IMG/VR virus record: IMGVR_UViG_3300037419_001059
Location: 1-59,367 of that record
DNA length: 59,367 nucleotides
Reading direction: 5' to 3' (one strand)
Source of the DNA: a virus
Taxonomy: Duplodnaviria; Caudoviricetes
Both the position numbers and the translations under genes were made by a program. Position 1 is the stretch's first letter. Each line of letters begins with the position of its first letter. Shown piece by piece: positions 27,686 to 36,259 of this stretch. The notes under the pieces are model-generated. The model did not search any database. It saw only the letters and a program-made list of their open reading frames with translations, and was not told the DNA's origin.

Positions 27686-29673
27686 TTCGCCTCTCCGTAG
27701 CTATACCCGACGCCAGCTTCCGCATCGAGCGGAATGTCCGGCCCCCATGCCGGTCGCTCGCGCATGAAACTGAGCAACCCTTCCGTGAACTCTTTGGCAA
27801 ACCCTGTCGGGTGGTTCACCGTCTTGCCGTCCGGCTTCGTCTCAACCTCGATCCCGCCCGGCACCACGTAGACCAGCTCGTCATGCGCCTGGAGCGCGAG
27901 GTCCACGCCGAAGTGCATCCGCACCTTCAGGGCCGTCTCGATGTTGCAGCACCTGGCCAAATGCTGAACGCAGTTTTCGTAGAATTTTCCTCCAAAAAGA
28001 CGCTTCTTCATGCGGCCCGACTTGAATTGCCACTCAAACCCCTTGTCGCCCGGCACCTGTTCTAGCTCGGGGTAGAAGAGCTTCAGCCCGGTCGGCCCCG
28101 TCACCTCGTACTTGCCGAACGTCATCGGCCCGAACTGCCGGTTTGATCCATAGATCAATTCAGGGATCGCTTGCTGGAGCGTCTGCCACGCCTTGGGCAC
28201 GGCCGGCGCCATGCCGAACCGATACCCGTTCACGATCTTCCGGGCCTCGTCCTCCGTCAGGATGATCTCTTCCTTGAGCTGGAGGCGGGAGTCCTTGCGG
28301 ACCTGCACCATGTAGCGGAACCAGCCCATGCCGAAGCCCAGGCCCAGGATCGCCTGCTTGCCGACGAAGCGGGGCTTCTTGTCGGCCTTGGTGATCAGCC
28401 GTTTGTAGATGTGCTTAGTGGCGAACAGCGAGTACACGTCCTCGCCCCGCGCGAACGCCTCCACCAGCTCCGAGCGCTCGCTCCTGATGATAGCGGCGAG
28501 CCACGCCACGATGCGCGCCTCGATCTGTGAGGCGTCGCAGGTTACGACGACGTGGCCGGGCGGGGCTTTGAGCGCATCCCGCAGCTTTCCACCGCGAGAT
28601 AGATTTTGCATGTTGAGCTTCCACTCCCCAGATAACCGATGGGTGTGGGCTCCGCTGTATTTAAGGGCAACTGGAATATACTGTGGTGAGTGTACGCCCA
28701 TACCCGGCCATTGCAGTCTTGATATAGATATAAAACGCTGCGAGCGGGTTTCTTCGATTGTAGATTTGACGCCAACGCGCGCAGCAGCCAGAGTTTGAAC
28801 CGCAACATCATCATGCTCCAGGAGTTCGGCCATGCCTTGATCGGCCTTGGCGAAAGCATAGGTTGGCTTGCCGGTCGTGAGGCTGGTCTTCATCGGGGGA
28901 TCGATCCCGAGATCGCGCAGCAGGCCGGCAAACTTCTCGTTCGACATCAGGGCCGGCGCCTTGCCCCACTCATCCACCTCGACGCCGGCAGCCGCCAGGA
29001 GGGCCGCCTTGTCGGCGCGTACCTGGGCCAAGTGCTCGTGCAGGATCTGTTCGTCCAAAACGAAGTGTGGCTTCACCGCGCAGCGGATCACCGTATCCTT
29101 CACGATGTATTCGTGCTTGGGGAACTCCGGCGCCAGCCGTTGGAAGATCTGTTCGCACAGCACCGCGTCGTTCAACGAGTACTGCGCGTATCGCTGGTAG
29201 AGCCCGGCAGCCTTGATGTCGGCCAAGGTCATGCCGTCCACGCGGACAACCGTGTCGCCCTTCTGGCCCAGCCCCAGGTAGTTCGAGATCATCGCCAGGG
29301 ACACCCGGCCCACCTTCGGGTAGAGCAGCGCCTGTGACATGCCCATGGTGTCCACCATCAGGTCGGGGATGAACCCGTACCTCCAGGCCAGCACGCACAT
29401 GTCGAACAAGGCATTGTGTGAGAGGGCGACGATCTTCTCGCCGTTCTCCTGGCGCTGCTTGAGACGCATCAGGAACGCTTTGAACTCCAGGCCGCCCTCA
29501 ACCCAGTACGGGTCGTGGAAGTTAGACCCTCGCCCCTTGTCGATCACTGCACAGCCGATGCACTCGAACCGCTCGTCAAGGATGTATTCGACGGGCGTCA
29601 TCTTCTTGAGCGTGTACCCGAGCTTGGTCGAGTAAAAAGTCTCGAAGTCCAATACAATGTAGTTCGGGAACAT
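27682..29673 (-). CDS. polA: Family A DNA polymerase with 3'-5' exonuclease domain
   Basis: LDFET, HNALFD, motif A DASQIEAR, motif B RFVGKQAILGLGFG, motif C AHDELV. Confidence 0.92.
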   Translation of the reverse strand: MFPNYIVLDFETFYSTKLGYTLKKMTPVEYILDERFECIGCAVIDKGRGSNFHDPYWVEGGLEFKAFLMRLKQRQENGEKIVALSHNALFDMCVLAWRYGFIPDLMVDTMGMSQALLYPKVGRVSLAMISNYLGLGQKGDTVVRVDGMTLADIKAAGLYQRYAQYSLNDAVLCEQIFQRLAPEFPKHEYIVKDTVIRCAVKPHFVLDEQILHEHLAQVRADKAALLAAAGVEVDEWGKAPALMSNEKFAGLLRDLGIDPPMKTSLTTGKPTYAFAKADQGMAELLEHDDVAVQTLAAARVGVKSTIEETRSQRFISISRLQWPGMGVHSPQYIPVALKYSGAHTHRLSGEWKLNMQNLSRGGKLRDALKAPPGHVVVTCDASQIEARIVAWLAAIIRSERSELVEAFARGEDVYSLFATKHIYKRLITKADKKPRFVGKQAILGLGFGMGWFRYMVQVRKDSRLQLKEEIILTEDEARKIVNGYRFGMAPAVPKAWQTLQQAIPELIYGSNRQFGPMTFGKYEVTGPTGLKLFYPELEQVPGDKGFEWQFKSGRMKKRLFGGKFYENCVQHLARCCNIETALKVRMHFGVDLALQAHDELVYVVPGGIEVETKPDGKTVNHPTGFAKEFTEGLLSFMRERPAWGPDIPLDAEAGVGYSYGEAK

Positions 29674-29762
29674 CTCTTGACTTCTTCTCTGTGCAGAACT
29701 AATTCTAGGCGTGCCGGAGGGGTCCGGCTTCGTGGGTGCTCGGTGGAGGAGCCCGGCAAGCT

Positions 29763-29981
29763 TTAATCGGCTCGCCGGGCTCTTTCCGTTTTGATCTGTG
29801 GATCAATTCCCTTCAGCACGAAGGCGTGCCGCCCGCCCTGCTGCACCACGGCCTCAAGGTAGGCGTCGTGCAGGCGGTTGATGCACTCCAGCGCGTTGTC
29901 CAGCGTGATCTGCCCACTATCGAGCCCGGCCTTGAAGGCTATCGTGAACGGGTACAGGTGCTGGTCAGTCGCGGGCTTCAT
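29763..29981 (-). CDS. Hypothetical protein (72 aa)
   Basis: Start reassigned to ATG 29981 (MKPATDQ...). Confidence 0.55.
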   Translation of the reverse strand: MKPATDQHLYPFTIAFKAGLDSGQITLDNALECINRLHDAYLEAVVQQGGRHAFVLKGIDPQIKTERARRAD

Positions 29982-29991
29982 AGGGCTTCGC

Positions 29992-30243
29992 TCACGAAGT
30001 GGATGAGGATGCAGACGAAGAGGTAGGTTCGCATGGTTCCTTGTCGGCAAGCCAGCAGGCTAGTTCTAGAAGAGAATAGTTCTTGCCGTCTATGTCTCTT
30101 CTACTCCAGGCGTTGACAGTAGGCTTGTGACGGTAATGGTAGAGAGTGATCTTTGTATTATTTTGGTCTAATACCCAAGCCCGTCTTAGCTGCCCGCCCA
30201 TAGCGTCAGGTACTTCCTCCCACTTCACATCACTCAGCCGCAT
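29992..30243 (-). CDS. Cassette mini-gene paralog 1 (MRLS...LELACWLADKEP family)
   Basis: MRLSDVKW...LLELACWLADKEP. TGATG coupling to the vWA gene stop; AT-rich core. Confidence 0.75.
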   Translation of the reverse strand: MRLSDVKWEEVPDAMGGQLRRAWVLDQNNTKITLYHYRHKPTVNAWSRRDIDGKNYSLLELACWLADKEPCEPTSSSASSSTS

Positions 30244-31580
30244 CACTCGGCCCTCACCGGAACCTGCACCACTTCACCGAACGGATACTTCACCGTGCCC
30301 TCAGTGGTGATGCTGCCCCAGATCACCTGATACGGAGGCGGCTCCTTCGGGAATTTCCCATACCCGTCCGTCAGGTAGATCAGCGCCTCTGGCTGCTCGC
30401 CCATGGCCTCGATCTCCTCGAACACCGGGCAGAAGTTGGTGCCGCCCCTGCCCTTCGCGCCTTCCTTGTGGATGCGCTCGATGTCGGCCTCACAGGTGAT
30501 CTCCTGCCAGCCGTGGGTCTTGGCATCGCACCATGTGAACAGGATGCGCTCGGGCTCCATCTCCTCAAGGATGCCGCAGGCTTGGGCCATGAACTCGTTG
30601 ACGGTGGCCGGGTTGATGCTCCCGGAGCTGTCGCCCACCAGCACCAGCAGCCGGCACTTGAACCCGCGCCGGCCGGGGGCGAACACCGGGTCGTCGCGGG
30701 TGATCATGCGCCGGTCGGGCGTGCGGAAGTCGTAGGCGCCCGTGCCGACCGTGCGGTCCAACAGCGAGCGGATCACATCGCTGTAGTGCGTCTCGGCCAC
30801 CTGGAGCTTACCCAGCGCCTGCTGGAGGGCACCGGGGAGCTTGCCCTGCGCCAGGGCGCTCTCGGCGGCTGCCTGGATCTCTGCCTGCCAGCGGCCTTCG
30901 TCGCGGGCGTCCATGGCGGCCTGGGGGCTGCTGCCGGCAGCCGTGCCGGGCGGCAGCAGCTTGTCGAAGCCCTGCCCCTTGCCCTGGCCCTGCTGCGGCT
31001 TGCCGGCGCCCTCGCCGTTGCCCCCTGCCCCGCCGTCGCCCTCGGGCTTGTTCTTGTCCTGCTTCTTCTCCTGCTCCTCGTACATGACACGGTAGATGTC
31101 GAGCACGGACATCTTCGTGGTGAACCGCGTATCCACCAGCCCATCGGGTGGAAGTGAACCGATGTTGCTCTCGATCAGCAGCGCGTTGATGAAGTAGTCC
31201 TGCGCGTGATTCATGATCAGGTCGTTGTACGGCAGCTTCTTGCCGTCCGCGAACACGACGTGACCGGCACGCATCATCTCCGTGCACAGGCCGCTGTGGC
31301 GGAACATGGCGTGGCACACTTCGTGGGCGGCGATGAACACCCGGTGCTCCAGCGGGCGCGGCAGGAACGTCTCCGGGTTGATGATGATCCGTTCGTCGTC
31401 TGAGGCCGCCGTGTCCACGTCGTGGGTGAAGAACGCCTGCTCCTGATCGGGGCCGGTCATCATCGAGTACAGCAGGTGCGAGAACATCGGCGCGCTGTAG
31501 AGCAGCGCCGTGCGCGTCTCGGCCCAGGCTTCGCGCTGCTTCGGGGTCAGGTCAGTAGTCGGGATGGGGGTCAGGGGCAT
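30243..31580 (-). CDS. Metallopeptidase-vWA protein (DUF2201-like)
   Basis: HEVCH (HExxH), DSSGS MIDAS, GGT and YLTDG motifs. Start ATG 31580 follows AAGGA. Confidence 0.85.
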   Translation of the reverse strand: MPLTPIPTTDLTPKQREAWAETRTALLYSAPMFSHLLYSMMTGPDQEQAFFTHDVDTAASDDERIIINPETFLPRPLEHRVFIAAHEVCHAMFRHSGLCTEMMRAGHVVFADGKKLPYNDLIMNHAQDYFINALLIESNIGSLPPDGLVDTRFTTKMSVLDIYRVMYEEQEKKQDKNKPEGDGGAGGNGEGAGKPQQGQGKGQGFDKLLPPGTAAGSSPQAAMDARDEGRWQAEIQAAAESALAQGKLPGALQQALGKLQVAETHYSDVIRSLLDRTVGTGAYDFRTPDRRMITRDDPVFAPGRRGFKCRLLVLVGDSSGSINPATVNEFMAQACGILEEMEPERILFTWCDAKTHGWQEITCEADIERIHKEGAKGRGGTNFCPVFEEIEAMGEQPEALIYLTDGYGKFPKEPPPYQVIWGSITTEGTVKYPFGEVVQVPVRAE

Positions 31581-31803
31581 CGCAGGGTTCCTTGTCGGCA
31601 AGCCAGCAGGCTAGTTCGAGGGGCGTGTGCCCTATTCGTATGCATCCGTCGCCATCGTTATAAGGATGTTTGTAGTAATCATATGTCGGCGTGCCGGGCT
31701 CTGGCCCCGCAATCTGAAATGTACCCCCATCTCGATTGCGCACCCAACATTCATCGAAGCCGTGGACCTTATTCATGATCCACTTCACATCAGCCAGCCG
31801 CAT
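31552..31803 (-). CDS. Cassette mini-gene paralog 2
   Basis: MRLADVKW...PLELACWLADKEP. TGATG coupling. Confidence 0.75.
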   Translation of the reverse strand: MRLADVKWIMNKVHGFDECWVRNRDGGTFQIAGPEPGTPTYDYYKHPYNDGDGCIRIGHTPLELACWLADKEPCDAPDPHPDY

Positions 31804-32045
31804 CACCCGATGTCCAGCTCTGACTTGCCTCGACGGCTGCTCTTGTGTTCAAGCTTGATCTCGTAGCCCTCCGGCAGCAGCATGCTCATCTGCGTGGAGA
31901 GCCCGGTGCAGACCCGCTGCACGATCTGTGCGACAGCCACACGCTGCGCCGATGATAGCGCACCGTTCATCGTGAATAGCTCCAGCGTGAATTGCGCCGT
32001 GCTGGACGTATCGTCGCCGAACTTCTGAATGATGTCTTCGTTCAT
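31803..32045 (-). CDS. Hypothetical protein (80 aa)
   Basis: ATG 32045 lies 5 nt after the GGAG provided by palindrome variant 32048. Confidence 0.6.
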   Translation of the reverse strand: MNEDIIQKFGDDTSSTAQFTLELFTMNGALSSAQRVAVAQIVQRVCTGLSTQMSMLLPEGYEIKLEHKSSRRGKSELDIG

Positions 32046-32175
32046 AGTTGCTCCGTGGATCAAGTTGCCCCTGCCGGCAAATGACAGGGGCTCAATCGGT
32101 TCGTCGGTGTGGGGCAGAGGCATCGTGGCCGCACAGGATTGTTGCCCCTCGCGGCCGTCCCACAGCGCTACCGAA

Positions 32176-32403
32176 CTAGTCGCCGGCCAGCACGCGCTTG
32201 GCGTGCCGGGCTGGGTGGCACTTGAATCGGCGCTTCCGTCGCGCCGGCTTGCCGTTGTTCGTTACATCCGTCTTGCAGCGTGTGCCGGGGTTAGCACCGC
32301 ATGCCGGGCACCGATACTTCAGCGCCCGATCATCGTCGTTGTTCTGTTGGTGCTTATGCGCTGGGGTATGGAGCCAGCGCACGGCGTCTCGGGTCGTCGC
32401 CAT
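32176..32403 (-). CDS. Small zinc-finger protein
   Basis: CPACGANPGTRC...CHPAR. TGATG coupling to the AAA gene. Confidence 0.6.
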   Translation of the reverse strand: MATTRDAVRWLHTPAHKHQQNNDDDRALKYRCPACGANPGTRCKTDVTNNGKPARRKRRFKCHPARHAKRVLAGD

Positions 32404-33482
32404 CACTTCTTCCGCAGCTTGGAGATCGTCACCATCAGCGAGCCGTTGCGCTGGCACCACCCATCCATCGCGGACGTGTTGAGCAGGTTGCCGTCGCGCT
32501 CACAGGCGGCCGACGCGAACAGCACACTGAACTCCTGCGGGAACCGCTCCATGTAGGCCACGAGGATGTCCATGTTGCCCGGCTCGGCCCGTGCCGCCAG
32601 CGAGTACGCCACCAGCATCTGCGCGTCGGCGCGGTCGGGCACCGGGGCCGTCATCGGCCCGGCCATGATGTCGGCGAGCGACGGCAGCTCCAGCTCCAGG
32701 CGGATCATTGCCATGAGCTGCGCGGCTGCCGCAGCTCCGATGTAGCCCTTGGCGTCCTCCTGGGCGGCGTTGTCGGTCGGCAGCTTGCCGTCCGCGTTGG
32801 CGAACTGCATCAGGTGCAGGATGCACATCACGAACGAGCGCGGCGTGCACCACGGCCCCTGCACGGACGGCGCGTCGCTGAACAGGATGTTCGGGTTCTG
32901 CTCCGCGAAGGCCAGGGCGATGGCCGGCAGGCCGGCAGACAGTGCCCAGGACTTCCATCCCTCGATGTCGTCCTTGATCTCGATCTCGCACCGCCGGTTG
33001 ATCAGGTGGTCCAGCTCACGCGTGGAGCCCGAGCGGTCGGAGCGGTAGTTGCCCGCCATCCACACCACCCAGCCCTTGGGCAGCTTGTGGGGGCCGCAGC
33101 GCCCGGTCAGGCCCATCTCGCCGATGATCTTCTTTACGTCAGGATCTGCCTTGTCCTCTTCGTCAACCATCACCACACCGCCGTCGTACTGCTCCAGCGG
33201 CTTGCCTTCGGCGGTGTACCACCAGAACGGGCGGGTGAAGAACGACGCGGCGTTGCCCTCCTTGTCCTTGGACGGGATCAGGTAGCCGATGGCATCGGCC
33301 GGCGTCAGCACGGGGGCGGAGATGTAGCTGAAGCCGATGTTCTTGCCGAGCGCCCTGGAGATGACCGCCGGGGCGCCTTCGATCACCGTCGTCTTGCCCC
33401 GGCCCGGCTTGGAGCGGAGCGTGATGCAGTTGCCGGTCTTGTAGTAACCGACGACGCGCTTGGAGAAGTCACGAAGAAACAT
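32403..33482 (-). CDS. MoxR-like AAA+ ATPase (partner of the vWA protein)
   Basis: SKPGRGKTT Walker A, VDE Walker B, MAGN, and LINR arginine-finger region. Confidence 0.85.
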   Translation of the reverse strand: MFLRDFSKRVVGYYKTGNCITLRSKPGRGKTTVIEGAPAVISRALGKNIGFSYISAPVLTPADAIGYLIPSKDKEGNAASFFTRPFWWYTAEGKPLEQYDGGVVMVDEEDKADPDVKKIIGEMGLTGRCGPHKLPKGWVVWMAGNYRSDRSGSTRELDHLINRRCEIEIKDDIEGWKSWALSAGLPAIALAFAEQNPNILFSDAPSVQGPWCTPRSFVMCILHLMQFANADGKLPTDNAAQEDAKGYIGAAAAAQLMAMIRLELELPSLADIMAGPMTAPVPDRADAQMLVAYSLAARAEPGNMDILVAYMERFPQEFSVLFASAACERDGNLLNTSAMDGWCQRNGSLMVTISKLRKK

Positions 33483-33494
33483 GAGGGGTCCGTT

Positions 33495-33713
33495 TCAGGT
33501 TTGTGGTGGATCGCGGGGTTCTTTGTCGGCAAGCCAACAGGCTAGTTCTAACAGAGAAGGGCTTTTGAATACGTTGTAATCGGTTTCATTACATATCGCC
33601 GAGTAATGAACTTGCCAATCCCAAATTCGATAAGTGTACTGGGAGCACTTGACGTGCGCTTTCTTATATTTTCCTAGCGTGCTGCCATCCCATTTAAGTT
33701 CCGAGAGCCGCAT
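33495..33713 (-). CDS. Cassette mini-gene paralog 3
   Basis: MRLSELKW...LLELACWLADKEP; AT-rich core. Confidence 0.75.
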   Translation of the reverse strand: MRLSELKWDGSTLGKYKKAHVKCSQYTYRIWDWQVHYSAICNETDYNVFKSPSLLELACWLADKEPRDPPQT

Positions 33714-33716
33714 CGC

Positions 33717-34004
33717 TCACTCCCTCTTGGGGATCTCACCCCAATAGCAGTTGCCAGGGTCATAACCCCTGTCGTGATCGCGCCGGAACAGGCGATGACC
33801 TTCCGGGCACTCGCCCATATCTTCAAGGAAGATCTTGAAGTCGAACCACATCGGGTCGTGGTACTGCGCCGGTTGCTCGCGAACCCAGCGCTGACCTTCC
33901 TCGCTGACGCGCCGGATGTACGCCCAGGCGTTGTAGGTGCGGGTGTGCCGCATCCCGTGCTCCACAGGGCGGCCGGCAGCTCTGCGCACGGGGTGGTTCA
34001 TCAC
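33717..34004 (-). CDS. Degenerate HNH-related phage protein
   Basis: HGM..TRTYNAW...W.DF..FLEDMGECPEG...GYDPGNCYW pattern. Confidence 0.6.
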   Translation of the reverse strand: MMNHPVRRAAGRPVEHGMRHTRTYNAWAYIRRVSEEGQRWVREQPAQYHDPMWFDFKIFLEDMGECPEGHRLFRRDHDRGYDPGNCYWGEIPKRE

Positions 34005-34783
34005 GCGTCTTCCTGGCTGTCTTCGCCGGTCACGCCGAGGTAGCCGGCAAGCATCTCGCAGAGCATGCCAGCGCTGGTCAGCGTGTTGGCCCGCACCGCC
34101 GGGTCCTGGCGGATGAAGTCCATATGCTTCTTGAGGTCGTCGTAGGACGTGAAGGTCTCGGCCTGGGTGCAGAACCGATCCACATGGACCGAATTGTCCA
34201 CGTTGCAGCCGCGCAGCACCCGCACCTTGGACTTGACCGAACCGAGCAGCACGTCACGGATGACGCAGCGGTTCGAAGCGGTCGGGTTGGCGACGTAGTT
34301 GTGGAACTCGGTGAGCTTATCCCTGAAGCGCACCGTGGCGCTGTAGAGCGCGCCAAGCTGTTCCTCGACGCCGGCCTCGTAGTCGCGCACCACGCCATCG
34401 ACCACCATCCGCGAGAACCCGACGCGGAACCGCTCCGGCAGCTCGGAGAACTCGTCGTGCCGGGGCACCGGCTCGTAGCGGATGCCGATGGAGAAGGCCG
34501 CGCGCTGCTCGTCGTTGAGCTGGCCGATCAGCGCCTTCATGGCGCCGAGCGAGCGGCCCGCCGTCTCTACCAGCTCCGGCACCGCGTTGGCCGGCACAGC
34601 CCGCCTGGAGCCGAAGCGGATGCTGTAATCGGTGAAGGCACCGAGCGCCGCTTCATGGTGCTCCACGAGTTGCTTGCGCAGGGTGTCGTCCAGCCCGTCC
34701 AGCTTGCGCGGCGGGGCGCGGTGCGTGAGCGTCACGAGCACGAAGCTCTTACGCAGCTCGTCTACCAGTTCCAGCTTGTCCAT
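34001..34783 (-). CDS. Hypothetical helical protein (possibly a DUF3150-like partner of AAA/vWA)
   Basis: 260 aa from ATG 34783 with a GGAG RBS. Family assignment is by context only. Confidence 0.45.
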   Translation of the reverse strand: MDKLELVDELRKSFVLVTLTHRAPPRKLDGLDDTLRKQLVEHHEAALGAFTDYSIRFGSRRAVPANAVPELVETAGRSLGAMKALIGQLNDEQRAAFSIGIRYEPVPRHDEFSELPERFRVGFSRMVVDGVVRDYEAGVEEQLGALYSATVRFRDKLTEFHNYVANPTASNRCVIRDVLLGSVKSKVRVLRGCNVDNSVHVDRFCTQAETFTSYDDLKKHMDFIRQDPAVRANTLTSAGMLCEMLAGYLGVTGEDSQEDA

Positions 34784-35021
34784 CTTCGTGTGCTCCGTTG
34801 ATCCGTGGATCAATTTGCTTGTCGGAAAGAAACTCGGCGAGCCGCTCGGGGCTGTTGATCCAGTACGTGATGGTGCGCTCCTCCCCCTGTGCGTCGATCA
34901 CCGGGAACTCGCACACCTGTATCGGGTCGCCGTCGCGCTGCCTGTAGAGGTCGAACACGCGCGGCCCACAGTGAACCGTCGCGTCGCCGTTCATCCCGAA
35001 TTGAAGATCTTGAGGACGCAT
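34749..35021 (-). CDS. Hypothetical protein (90 aa)
   Basis: ATG 35021 lies 7 nt after the GGAG from palindrome variant 35026. Confidence 0.6.
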   Translation of the reverse strand: MRPQDLQFGMNGDATVHCGPRVFDLYRQRDGDPIQVCEFPVIDAQGEERTITYWINSPERLAEFLSDKQIDPRINGAHEDGQAGTGRRAA

Positions 35022-35042
35022 TGAATTGCTCCGTGGATCAAC

Positions 35043-35070
35043 ATATAGGGTATTACGTAATAGTGTCAAG
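35043..35070 (-). promoter_or_regulatory. Sigma70-type leftward promoter with TATTACGTAATA between -35 and -10
   Basis: Minus strand reads CTTGACA-CTATTACGTAATACC-CTATAT, immediately followed by palindrome 35026-35041. Confidence 0.7.
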
Positions 35071-35428
35071 CCACCTTGACCGGCAGCATCTGATCCAGTT
35101 CTTCCTCAGTCCAGGGCAGGAAGTGATCCTTCGGCACGCGTAGCTCAACTTGAGCTTCCCATGGAAATTGTCTGTGCGTAGAGCCCGTGCAGTGTTGGAG
35201 CAGGACACTCAGCTCCAAAGCGTTGAGTGGACCACTGTGTGACCACAACCCGCCGGGCCAATCGGGCGCCGGATATTGATACATGTACTGAAACCTGTAG
35301 AGGCCGCCAGTATGGGCGTACAGGTCCGACTGGAGCGCCCGGCACCAGATGCCGTCGGAGCGGCGCAGGTACTGCGAATACCGGATGTCCTCCGGCGTTC
35401 GCGTCCAGTCGATGTCCGCCAGCCGCAT
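35066..35428 (-). CDS. Cassette mini-gene paralog 4 (diverged 3' end)
   Basis: MRLADIDW...NALELSVLL. TGATG coupling; shares the 5' DNA GTGATGCGGCTG. Confidence 0.65.
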   Translation of the reverse strand: MRLADIDWTRTPEDIRYSQYLRRSDGIWCRALQSDLYAHTGGLYRFQYMYQYPAPDWPGGLWSHSGPLNALELSVLLQHCTGSTHRQFPWEAQVELRVPKDHFLPWTEEELDQMLPVKVA

Positions 35429-35919
35429 CACCCCCTCCGCTTGAACAGGCGCCCCAGGAACCCCGCAGGCTTGACCCGTGGCGGGCATAGCTCGGCCAGA
35501 GCTAGGGATGCCGCAGCCCGTTCCTCCCTGCCCTGTACGGCCTTCTCACGGGCCTCCACGGCCAATTCACGTTGGTCCAATTCCTGTTGCCACGTCGCCA
35601 GCGAGCGCCGGGCATCGGCGAGCCTGTCGTGAACCGCCTTCACCGCCTGGACGAACTGGTCCGGCTTGGGGCCGTCAGCGGTCGGCGTGATGTTGAGCGA
35701 GCGCGCCAGCGTGTCTGTGAGACTGGCTGTGTCGGCGGCCAGCGTCGGCGCGGGCGATGATAGCGCAGCCCCCGGCAGCATGGTCGGTGCCGGCAACTCG
35801 GGCTGCGGCTGGGTCACGGCGCGCTTGCCCCTGCGGGGCGGCGTGGTGACGTGGCCGTCGAGCGGGATGTGCAGCGCCAGGAGGTCTTCCGCGCTGTGGC
35901 CGTTGATCTCAGGGGTCAT
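35428..35919 (-). CDS. Hypothetical coiled-coil protein
   Basis: 163 aa from ATG 35919 (ATGA overlap). Confidence 0.6.
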   Translation of the reverse strand: MTPEINGHSAEDLLALHIPLDGHVTTPPRRGKRAVTQPQPELPAPTMLPGAALSSPAPTLAADTASLTDTLARSLNITPTADGPKPDQFVQAVKAVHDRLADARRSLATWQQELDQRELAVEAREKAVQGREERAAASLALAELCPPRVKPAGFLGRLFKRRG

Positions 35920-36191
35920 TGCTTCTGCTCCAGTTGCCAGCACTTGTATTCAAGCGGCGTCATCTTGTGGGGTAACAGGTTCTTCAGCAGCGCCGATGGA
36001 TCGGTGCAGCGGTTCTCTATGGTGTTGCCGTCCCTGTACAATGTGTAGAGGTAGTTCGTGGGCTGCGGCTTGGCGCTCTCGCCGGGCTGCGGGGTGCGCA
36101 TCAGCAGGTACACGTCCTGGCCGCGATACAGGACTTGCGAGCGCTCGCTGTCTTTGTTCTGCCGGCTCCATGTGATCTCGCTGAGCAGCAC
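35916..36191 (-). CDS. Cassette mini-gene paralog 5 (most diverged)
   Basis: GTG start after GGAGG. MLLSEITW...TPLEYKCWQLE. Confidence 0.55.
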   Translation of the reverse strand: MLLSEITWSRQNKDSERSQVLYRGQDVYLLMRTPQPGESAKPQPTNYLYTLYRDGNTIENRCTDPSALLKNLLPHKMTPLEYKCWQLEQKQ

Positions 36192-36204
36192 GGCATCCTC
36201 CACG

Positions 36205-36233
36205 AAAAAGGGGACCGGCAACACCGATCCCCT
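36205..36233 (-). terminator. Intrinsic terminator
   Basis: Minus strand AGGGGATCGGT-GTT-GCCGGTCCCCT followed by TTTT. Confidence 0.6.
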
Positions 36234-36259
36234 GTACCACTCCGAACCGACCGCCGGGA

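Noticed and set aside
29992-36191. Diversity-generating retroelement behind the variable mini-genes
   Set aside because: No reverse transcriptase is present, and no template/variable repeat pair with adenine-specific differences was seen.
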